From Amoebophrya sp. A120 (Eukaryota; Protista; Dinoflagellata): 64,000 nt of DNA. The stretch lies in contig CAJINV010000001.1 in the NCBI GenBank assembly GCA_905178155.1, forward strand, positions 3,277,675-3,341,674. The letters are read 5' to 3'. Of this stretch, positions 10,965-21,771 are shown piece after piece. Made by a program: the position numbers and the translations under genes. Numbering within the stretch: the stretch's first letter is position 1; each line of letters opens with the position of its first letter. A model generated the notes under the pieces. The model was not told the DNA's origin, made no database searches, and saw only the letters and a list, made by a program, of their open reading frames with translations.

Positions 10965-13900
10965 TTAACCACCTCCAGCACATTTCTTGTCTTCACCGAC
11001 AGCCATCAGTGCTCCCATTTTCTTGATGAAGGTCGGCGCCGTAATGCGCGCTGATCCTTTGTGCTCCCGCACGAGCGTGGTTGAGCCGCCCCTGCCGTGA
11101 AACACCATGTGGGAACCGTGGGTCAGGATGCGTACTCCGCCGCCCTGCCCGAATTCGAGCATGCCAGCGCGCCGCAGAAGATTTGCGCCTCGAATGACCC
11201 GCCGAAACTTCATGCGTTTGCGCGAGATCAGCTCCAGCGCCTCCTGCAGCCGTTCTTCCGCAGTCGGCTCCGCGGCCGACGACGAAGCACTGTCCAGCTC
11301 CGCGAGCTTCTTCTGTTCCGATCGCGACAGGATTCGTGGCACAAAGCGCTTGGATCTACTGCCCTCGTGTCTACTCCAGTTGTTCTTTTCCCCCGTCCTG
11401 GACGACCACTCTGCCTGGATCAATTTCGCCCGCCTCCGCTGCTCTGCCAAAACTTTCGGATCACGCAACCACTGTAAAGTTTTTTTTTCCTCTTCGTTCC
11501 TCCCGTCGGTCGTCGCTGCCAGTTCTGCAATCTTCGTATCTTCGAGGTCTTCGAGCATCAGCACGGCAAGTTGTGCCACTTGGGACTGATCCAGGTCATC
11601 TTGCGAGATTCCATTTGCAACAGAAGACCAAAAAAATTCTTCGACCGCGAGATCGGCGATCGTCAAGGCGGGCGGCGGCAGGAATGGGATGCAGCCCTGC
11701 TCTTTTCCCCGCATCGTCTCGGTGATGTATCGAATCACCGCGGGATCGTCGGCCCGCATGCAGCTGTTTGCCAGTGCTGCGTACCCCCCTGCTTCTCCGG
11801 GACTGAATCCGCCCAGAAGCGCCTTCTTCCCATTCGCGCATGCATTGCAAATATGTCTGCAAGGGTGCAAGGTCTGTCATGCATCTCGTAGAGCAGGAAC
11901 ACAGTGTCGAATGAACCCACGAGCATCACAGATTGCGCAAGGGCTTCTTGATGCCTGTTCCGCATCAGAAATTTGCCTTTTGCGTGGCAAGATGGCACTT
12001 GCGGCTCATCATGCAACACAGATACAGATTTTTGGTTTGTACGATTCTGTTGATTCAGTAGATTTAGCATGACAACTTGCATTCTCCCACACGACCCAAA
12101 CTACATCTTTGCAGTGGATACCGCGTACAAATCGACTAGCCAGTCAGCGTCCGCCTGCTGTTCCGCGGAAACCGCGCTCGAACCGCTGAAGAAGATCTGT
12201 GCTGCCGACGGTACGTCGATCCTTCCTCTCCCGGACAGCTCAAGTCCGCCGATGATGCGGTCTAGCTCCTTGCGCACGTCAATAATCCTGTAGTCCATGA
12301 ACGCACTCCGTTCCACTTCGAGGGCCTCGATCATATTGCCGTGCTGGTGGACGACAAGCCTGCGCTTCGTCGGACTAGCGCCCGGACTGTCCGGATACGT
12401 CGCGAAGGGGCGCCCCGCAACTATATTGGGTTCGCAATGCCAGTGGTTAGCCGGATCAAGCAGCACGACGCGCGCCGAAGTCAAGCGGTAAGTCGTAGGC
12501 CCTGCGTCGCTCTGGGTCCTCGTCCCTCCGGCCCCCGCGGACGTGGCGCTTTTCCCGGGGCACAACGGCGCGAAATCGTCGAACAGGTGCAGAATGAACT
12601 GCCGATCGTCGCGGTTGTTTTCCCTCACGAAGCCCGAGATAATGGAAACGGGCTCGCGGCGGCCGATCTTTGCTGGGTAGACCTGTGCGAACAATGCTGC
12701 ACCGAAGGCCTGCACCGCCTCGGCAGTGTACGGAATTCTTTCTTTACCTATCAACTGCAAATATGTCTGGTGTTCTGGAGGATGGAGGCTTTGTCATGCA
12801 TTGCGAGAAACACTCTCAGCTCTGTCATGCACGTGACCCAAACACGCGTCTTTACTGTCACGCAAAAGGAAAATAAACACAGACTGGTACTCATAATGGA
12901 CAACTCCTAATAGCAACTCAAACACAAGTCATACTTGGCCGTCAATTTTTGAAGCTTCCTAGTAATGCCAGCCAGCCGGCAATACAAAAGCTTGCTCACG
13001 CACACGCAGACATCTTTGCAATGCATATTCCCATCTTGATTGCAATTCTGTTCGATCTGCACCAGGTACGCCAGCTGCACAAACGCGAAAGGGTAGTCGG
13101 CAGACAGCGCCACGACGCCGGTCTTTCTATCCACGGTCGCCACTCTTCGGCGGTACACTGCGGCCACAGTCTCCATCACCCGCGCGGAGGCAAGGAACGG
13201 AGCGTGCTCATCGATGCAATTATAGTTCCGGATGTGCTTGCGCAGAGTTTCAAGGTATTTGTTCCGCGGGCTCGCAAACACGTCGCACACCAACTTGCAC
13301 CTCGCCTGTACCCGATCAAATAAAGGTCCGTCCTCGGACAAAAATTTTCGAGCGTGCTCGATGCTTTTTTTCAGTTTTTCTCTCGGCTTTCCCCGCACGC
13401 AGTTGGTGTCGTCGGGAAGCTTTGCAGCGAAGAGCTGCTCGGCAGGTGAGAGGTACTGCTTCACGTCGATACGATCCAGGGCCTCCCGGGCGATCGCCAA
13501 CTTCTGAACAAGCGAGGCTGCCTCAAGTCCACACGCTTGCGCGGACTCATCCTGCGCAGCTTTCGGGTCTTTTTCGGTCTGCTTTTTCTGCGATTTGCTG
13601 GCGCGATCTTTTCCCACAAGCACGCGACAGCCTGGGCGTGGCTTCCCCATAACTGTCAGGCCTTCGCTGGCGCCATCCGTGTCCGACTCGGGGAGTTCTT
13701 CAATGGCGCAGGGCCCACCCGATCGGGAAAACGCGGGCACACTGTTGCCAGCACGCTGGCCAACCGTCCCGGCCGCCGCGGGCGCCGCCGCAAGGGCGTC
13801 AAAGCAATCTATTGTGGTCACTGGCGGCCTCTCCAGCGGCGCCCCGCCGCGCTTTTCCAGCAACATTTTCCGCAGATGCGCACCTGTGGGATACGGTTCT

Positions 13901-14496
13901 TGCAAAGACTGTCGCGGGCCGTGCCTGTCCTCGGCTTCAAGCATCCGTCGCGGCCAGGCTTGGATTGCGTGCCTCCGCCGGTCGAACCCAACATCGCGCA
14001 GCGTCGTGTCGGTGTCATAGTGGTCGAATGCTACTCGGTGGCCGGGGACGGCGGGGACATCAACTAAATACCCAGTGCACAGCTGCGGCTCCGTGGCAAA
14101 GCTTTTCGGCCCCTCATCAATCGGAACGAGCGCGAACCCTGCAAAGGCGAAGGGGGACAGCAAGCACTCAAAGAGGTACGTGAGGGACTCGCCGGTATGA
14201 TCCAGCAACCCTGGAATGTGAAGAATTAGGGTCCTCCCTTCCTGATCAAATTTTCGATGTACTCCCGACCTGGCTTCCCTTCTCGACAGGCAGTGGTGCT
14301 TTGAACAAAAAACGACCACCGCATCCCCGGACTCTTCGAGCTTTTGCTGAATCGAGGCCCCCTTTGACAGTTCACGAGCATCAACATGATCCAATGCCGC
14401 GTTTACTTCGCGAATGCGCGCTACTGGGAAATCGGTAAAGCCGTTTGCGGCAAGTAAGTCCAATTGGCTGAGGGTGAAGTTCATCCTTGACGGCAT
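10965..14496 (-). CDS. ~986-aa protein with C-terminal HicA-like (mRNA interferase) domain; exons 14496-13028, 12743-12121, 11833-10965
   Basis: Three ORF-track fragments join in frame (2961 nt) after removing two introners. The C-terminus MKFRRVI..LLRRAG...GSHMVFHGRGGSTTLVREHKGSARITAPTF matches the HicA pattern GSHxxFxH...T.VPxHxG..L..GT. Confidence 0.75.
11839..12120. mobile_element. Introner C (degenerate member of the TATCAAATGCAAA-ATGTCTG family)
   Basis: Ends catgcattgcaaatatgt / rc tatccactgcaaagatgt. Duplication tcgcg (11834-11838) / ccgcg (12121-12125). Excision gives in-frame DLYA(D/N)GKKALL. Confidence 0.8.
12749..13027. mobile_element. Introner D (same TIR family as C, E, F)
   Basis: Ends tatcaactgcaaatatgtctg / rc tatgcattgcaaagatgtctg. 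Duplication ttacc (12744-12748) / ttccc (13028-13032). Excision gives in-frame NQDGKERIPY. Confidence 0.85.
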
Positions 14497-15530
14497 TCTT
14501 CTTTTACTTTTTCAAAGAGTGAGGTAAGTTTGCTGAAAAAAAGTAAGGAAATAATCTTCAGTCAGCAACTCACATTATTGTCTTCAAACATCAACGTACG
14601 GGCACACATACAATGGAGCGACCACAAATACGAACTAAACCAATCAGAATCCTAGACAGTAACACTTGCAGTGACTACTACGCGACCAAAGCAAATGCGG
14701 CGTTCATTCATCAAGAGCCGAGCAAGGCTGTGAAGACTGCGTCACTAAATCATTCTGCAATGAGTGACCGTTCGTTATACTTCTGAGATCCTTATGCGCA
14801 ATCTTCAACATCGATTGATCGGTCATGTTTTAGAGGCGAAGAAGGTCGAGGCCACGGTATCTCCCTAAATATTAGAACCTTCGGCACAATGAATCACCTA
14901 CACGTCGAGGGTCCCCGACGGATCGAGAACGACTGCGTCGCGCAAAGAAATGTGATCTACAGGCGATCATGTTCGAAACTAGCTGGCCATGGATCTACAT
15001 CATGTCTTGTTTTTCCTGCTTTCGCGAATCCGGATCTTCGGGCTTGCAGAACAAAACTTAGCACAGCAACAGAAACAGTGCCATCATCTGACCCCAATAA
15101 GCAAAATGAACACAGTCACAGACACAGCCCTCAGAGAGATTGATAAGCACCCGGAAATTTCCGAGAAGATTGATGATCCATGCGTCAGAATAGGAAGTCG
15201 AGCTTCACGACAAATTGATCAAGGTCAAGAATTAAAAAAACAATCGGTACAAGACAAAAGGAATTGCGGAACCGCAAACAGTGTGCAAAGTGTCTACATT
15301 GTTTCTTCCGACATGCGAGTTGAGTTTTCCGTGTTGTTCTTCTTCGGTCCAGGTCCTATTGCTTTGGCATGATTCGTTTACAGCACTGTGTGCAAAAAAA
15401 TGATTCTGAATTCTCAAAAAAAATCAGCTCCGTGCTCGAGTGATGAGTGGAGCAAAAAAGACTGTGTGAGAAAGTTCAACTTGCACCGCTGTTCCACGAA
15501 CCCCGCTTAGGACGAGCATGACTCAAAATT

Positions 15531-18500
15531 CTACACGTCTACTACTGCTGCACCGTTATTAGCTCCACATCTTGCTTGCGGCCGGAACTGGTACTGCGCA
15601 CTACCAGGTCCTCCACCTCCTCGCAGATTATTTGGTGACTTTGATCTGGTCATCCCGGGCGATGGCTGCACAGGACCTCCGTTATTGTTATTCCCGTTCC
15701 CCACAGCGTTTTTCAATCCGTAGGGGATGACGTAGCCCTGCTGTTCCCGCATTTCCAGCGACTTTTTGTCCCGCTCGCTGTTCCGCTGTATCCTTTCCCG
15801 GTTGGCCTCCTCCCGGCGCGCCAGCGCGTTTTTCACTTGCTCCACCCGCTTCTGCTCCTTCAGCGCCATGGTGAAGTGCTCGGGGTCCATCGATTTCGCC
15901 TTGTTCAAGTAGTGCTGTTTCACGTCAAACAACTCGCCTTTCGAACTCGACAGCAAATCATTGCGCTTGCTATTCTTCTTCCGCAACACCGCCTCGCTCA
16001 TCGCCGCGATCTCCAAATCCAAAAACCACACGTCGTTGAAATTCACACCGCAGTGCGTGCCCGCGAACAGCACCACGCGCATGATCCGCTCCTGCGTGGG
16101 GTGCGGGATTACTTGCAGGGCGTGGCCGGCCCGCGGGGGGAGCAGTAAAACGTCCTGGAGGTAGTCCAAGTTCGGGTCGTCTTGCGGAGAAGAAGAACAA
16201 CCTCCGGCATGACCATTATTCCCGGTGTTGTTCTCGTTCGCCTTGAAGAACATGGTCTTGTGGTCTTGCTTCCCACCGTCCGGCGCGAGCTCGTACCAGG
16301 ATTGGGTCACCTCGTTGTAGATTGCGATCTGCCGCGTGGCGTCGAATAAGCATCTCCCGGTGATGTGCGAGGACTCTAGAAACCCGCCGTGGAGTAGATG
16401 CAAATGCGCGGGGACCAAGGTGACCATCCCGTGGAAGCTCCGCCCCCACGGCGGCGCGACCGGCTCCATAGTCGGGACGTGCAATTTCACCGAGGAAGGC
16501 TCGATGAAGCCCGCCTGCGTCACCGCGTCTGGGTGGGGACAGTAGTCGGGGAACTTGAAGAACTGGATACTTTTGTCTTTCCTTCCGCCGAACATCAGCA
16601 CCTGTCCGTTCGCCAACTGCGTCAGGCTGTGGCCCGCGCGCGCGTCGAACCGCGCCCCGCCGAGCATCCAGACCCGGTTGTGACAGTCGAAAAAATCTAT
16701 GTCCGAGCCGTACTTCCGATGGGTCCCGGTTTCCCCCCTGCCAACGACCATCAAGACATCCTGGTCGACCAGCGTGACCGCGTGGCTGGTGTGCGGCGGC
16801 GGCCACGTGGCGTCGTCCTGGTGGTACCGGCCCGGGTTCTTGTTCACCACCTCCTCCCAAATGTGTCTCTTCGTGTCGTAAAACCACACAGCGTTACACC
16901 GGCGGAACCCGTTCCACCCACCGAAGAGGACCAAGTAGTGCTTCCAGGACACCATGCTGTGCTTGCACAGCGGCCCGGGGTAGGTGTTGGGCGGGTGCTT
17001 GTGCTGCGTCCACTGTTGAGTGGTCAAATGCAGTTCCCACAAATCTTCAAAGGGGATGACCCCGGCGTTCGTGTCGTGCGTGCCGCCATAGATCCACAAG
17101 CGTTCCCCAACCACCGCCGAGCCGCCGTAGGCGCGCGCCGCCGGGCGGTACTTGCCGTAGCAGGGGACCGGCCGACCGCGGAACTTCGGTTGTAGTTCTA
17201 CTTCGGGCGACGTTGATGTGATGTTATTCTCCTGTTCCTTGTTCACCGGGATCTCCGGAGAAGCGGCTCTTTTCGCCGGCCTGGCGGCAATGTCACCCGT
17301 GGTTTTCAATACCGGCGAGGACATCCGCAGCTGGTTCGGCTTCGTGGTTTTGCTCGAACTCGTTGGCGGTGTCGAGCTCGCAGTCGCTGCAGTTCTGCCG
17401 GAGAGGTCGTCTTGCTGCGAAGATGAAGGTAGGTTTTTTACTATCAGTCTCTCGGAGGAGGCGAGAAGACTAGTTTTGGCTTTATTCGACGCTGCTACCG
17501 CGCCCACCGAACCGGACAAAGCGTCTGGCTTGGTAGAAGTTTCAGTGGCTCCTGGTTTCAACATCGTCAAGATTTTATTGCTACCTCCGCTCGAAGATTT
17601 TGCACTCGTGGTCCTAATTGTCTGTCTATTTGCGTTCGCCGCGGTAACTTTCTGCTGGTCTATCATCACGGCGTCGGGTTCTATCGGAGAGGAGACTGCT
17701 TGACTATCGGCGTTCGCACCAGGCGAAGCCGCCGCGACAGACTGACTCCTTACTTCGCTAGAACTACCCGCGGCCTTATTCCGTCTATTTCGGCGCGACC
17801 GCGGAACTGGCTGCAGCAGTACTACCTCACGCTCTTTGTTCTCAGCGCTAACATCCACAGCATCTACGGTGTTACTATTTCCCTTTGTAGTTGAAGACGC
17901 CACCATTGTCGGACTGCGCAGAGGAGACGGGGACGAGTCTGCACCGGACAGCGTAGTTGCGGTAGTAGGCTCCACGATGGAAAGATGCTTCGTGGCTTTC
18001 AACACAGAGGAAGTAGTTCCATGGCCTGTTGTTTCTTTCGTGTTGTTCGTCGTTGCGGTTGTTGTACTCGGACTACTTACGGCAGCATTCATCAACGCGG
18101 TCGGTGACTTCGAATCAATCGCTGCGACCTTCGGCGTCCCCGCGGCAGTTGTTGACTTCGTCAGGTCTCGCACCGGCGTGCTCGCAACCGGGATAGTTGT
18201 ATTTTTGTGGTCCTCAACTACTTTCTGGTCCTGTGTAGTTGGTAGCGATGTTGATTCCGTCCCAACAGACGCCTTCGGAAGCTGCTGAAACAAGCGCACC
18301 GCGCCCTGCAACTTCGCAAGCGGTCCAACTCCTAGCGAGGTCGTGACTGGCTTCAGGACCATTGCGCCCGCATGATTAGGGGGGCTCTGTGAGGACTGCG
18401 GTTCTACCACGCGCTGTTGGGGCTGAAACGTCGTCATCTGTGGCTGCAGCAACGAGCGTGGCTGCTGGAGAAAAGCGGCGCGTGGAGACAACAGAGGGGG

Positions 18501-20729
18501 CTTAGAAGGAGCCACGACTACCTGTGCGGCAGGCTGAGTAGTAGATCCAGGCTGCGTACTATTAGCACCACCCGCACCTGGCCCGCTGCTGGACATCTTC
18601 TGAGGTTGGGCCGTAGCTAGTGAAGACCCGACGACCCCACCAGCTGCGCCTCCGCCCGTCTGCAACAGCGGCCCGGCGCTCGTTCCCAACGGCCCGGCTG
18701 TGTTTGCAAGGCGCATTTGTAAAAATTTCGCGGTGGCTTGGTTCTGCGGTGGCTGAGCCATTTGCAGCCTTGTTTTCTGTTGCACAAGGAAGCCGACAGG
18801 TTGATTACCCCCACCGGGCGGTGACGCGTTCGGAGAACCGCTTGCATTCGAGATCGCAATGGTGTCCTGCGAACTGGTCTGTGCGCCGAGCGAAGACGGC
18901 GAGGCAGCGGTCGTTGGGCGCGAAATCCCGATTGTCCCGGGTGCCGTGTCCTGATGCTGATGATCTCTCTGTCGTGCTTCAGAAAATTCGTCTCGCCCAT
19001 CTCCTAGTGCAGCCCCAGATGCCCTGCTTACGGCCGCCAAATCCGGGCGCCCGATTTCGCGACTCTTACGCGCCGGCAGTGATCTTTTGTTTACGTGCTG
19101 TTCTATTCCAGAGGCCCTCGTAGCCTCTGAGAAAGAACTACGCGGCTGCTGCTCAGTAGTTGGTGAAGACGATAATTTCTCCTCCCCGGCACTGTTTCTC
19201 GGCACCTGTTCCCAGACGGACGGCCTCGCCGTCGGCGCGCCGCCACTGAGCATGCTCTGGTGCTTGGGGATCTTGTTGTCCCATGTGGGCTTGCGGTCCT
19301 TGCGGCTGACGGCAGCGGGGTCCTGGTTGCTCTCCCGCAACCCCCATGAGGCGGCTGGATCACCACGACCCGGGTTCGTCTCTGCCATTGCAGCGCTGCG
19401 GCCCCTGCATTGAAGGAGGTAATTTAGGCTTTGTTCTTTATGGTCGTACAAGCATGATCAGGAAAGGCGGGGCAATACTTTCATTCACACAGCACCAAGA
19501 CATGGATGTTGGCAAGAATCCTGAATATACAGGGGAAACCTCAACTTGGAGTAAACGCTAACTAACTAGTGTAGGTAAACGAGACGCACAAGTACTAATG
19601 TACATCAAAAACGAAATTTCGAACGATCAATTTGTTCGGATGAACAAACTTACTTACTTGAAAATCCTGGGGTATGTATTGAGGCGGCAAAAAATGCGAA
19701 TAGGGGTGGATGGGTTTTGGCTAGTGTTGCCTGTCAATTTGCGGCACACAAAAAAGAGAATCAATAGACTGCGTGAATCAAGAATCGTATATCAATGCGG
19801 GACGAAAGGCGCGACCGGACGGTGTTTCGATGGCACGAAAATTTAAACTTGTTGCACGATTAGTACCGAGTTTCAGTTTTTTTCTTTATGTGAGTGCTCA
19901 CCGAGGGCTTGCAGCAGTTGCAGACCGAAACTTGCAAATAATTTCACGACTATTTCGTCAAGTCATACCTTTCTAAGTCATACTTTTCTGGTTTCTGCAG
20001 GGAGACCAGTCCTTCTACTGAAAGAATTTCATAGCCTGACTACTACAGATTGCTCATACATCTTCAATCAAAACTATACCTGGCAGACGACGTCGCTCTG
20101 CTGCTCCCCCCCATTGCCGCCACCGTAGCCCGACCTTTCGTCCCACCTTGCACTTCTCCTGGGACAACTTTTTGAATATTAAAGGGATTACAGCGTGTCG
20201 TGGTCGACGATGAACCCGCAGCCACTACTACCACCGCGGGTCCCACTGATCTTTTCCTGCTCGCAAGAGGCGGCTTGTGTGCCGACGCAGAATTCGTCGC
20301 GTTTCCATGTTCGCTCTGATACTGATTCCCCCGCAACAACTGCGGCTTGACGTTTTCCTTGTCCGACGTTTGCAGCTGGGGCTGTTGCATTTGCACCATT
20401 CCGTTTTCATTTCTGCTAACCCTCGCAGGTTGCTGTTGTTCTGCGACCAGTTGTTCCGGTCTGCGAAAATTTCCAATGGGCGACATGAAATTGCTCCGTG
20501 CGGTTCGCGTCCGCTGTCTCGATGGCGGTGTCATGGGACGGTCATCTTTTGACGTGGTTGCGGTCGCACCAGCAGCTCTTCTCCCGGCCGGATTGCTTTC
20601 GCGGCGAGGCGAAGTGCGCACCAAACTGCATCCGCGGGGGGAGGCAAACTTGCTTGCAGGCACAGTGCGAGAGGAAAACTTCCGAGCGGTTGAAGTAGAA
20701 CCCGGGTCAGCCGGTGTGGTTGTCGGCAT
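15531..20729 (-). CDS. Kelch-repeat protein, KLHDC9-like, with long S/T/P/Q-rich N-terminus (probable exons 20729-20080 and 19404-15531, ~1507 aa)
   Basis: Kelch blades LWIYGG, LVLFGGWNGFRRCNAVWFYDTKRHIW, SHAVTLVDQDVLMVVGR..THRKYGS and ARAGHSLTQLANGQVLMFGG. The upstream ORF joins via a phase-2 GT (20079) to AG (19405); this 5' exon assignment is less certain. Confidence 0.8.
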
Positions 20730-21771
20730 TATTTTTTGGTTTTCTTTGTTGCAAAGAATCAAAGTGGAAAAAACTGCAGCTTTTGACCGCCAAGAAGCGG
20801 CCGTGACAGGCTAAAGATTTCTTCTTCTCGAAGCCTTTGCTTTGTTACAATGGCAGATAATCGCCAACCGGATCAGAGCCGAACATTTTGAAAGCAGATC
20901 ATAAACAGAACGGAAGCTTCTTCTTGAAAAATTCGCTTGTGAAAAAACGAGCACCACACAGCATCGTAATCACAATAATTTCCGAGTCCAACTTTTCGGG
21001 CACCTTTGCGCGTCGTTTTTTCAAAAGTCAATGTCGTGCTATTCTTAGTCATGAAGCCTAGAACGGGCATGACAAAGAAGGCGATGAACACAAGCGAACG
21101 ATATTACCTGACCGTTAGCCAAAATATTTCGGTAGCAATTTTCCTTTTTTATGGCATTTTTTACTAATCTCCCAATTTTGAGGCGGTTTGAAACCAAAAG
21201 ACCGCTTAAAAAGACATATTCGAAGCGAGATGCTGATATCATGCGTTCTTACTAGAGACCCTTGGCATAGGTATCGATATTTTTGCGTTTGCTTCTATAG
21301 ACTTGCGCGTGGTGATTGTGATTTTATCTGAACGTACTTACTGAATCGATCGTACACAAAAGAGCCTCTCCAACGGAGAAACCACGTCACCCCGCGTTGC
21401 TCCTGGAACGGCAAACCTTGCGCCACGACGGAAAATTCGTATGCTCGCTTGTTAATGGGCGTGGATGGGATCATCGTAGTGCGATGAAGGGTCACAAAAA
21501 ATGTGTACAGAAGTTTGGGTAGAAAGAAACTAGTGGCAAAATGGTACATTAATTTGAAGAGGCTCGTGATGCAGAATGTAGTTCATTGTGGAAAATTCGC
21601 AAAAGAGGGTAGTCGATTAATTAAAAACTCGAAGTTGGAACAACACTAAATTCATTTGTATTTTTTTACTTACTTTTTCGGTCGAGAACTGGTTCTTACT
21701 AGGCACACGGTTCCAGTGCACAAGTAGAAATGCAACTACGAGAGACACTTTTCCCAATACCACAATTATCG

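Noticed and set aside
14889-15372. Plus-strand ORFs between genes
   Set aside because: Short, with no recognisable motif, and opposite to the uniform gene orientation.
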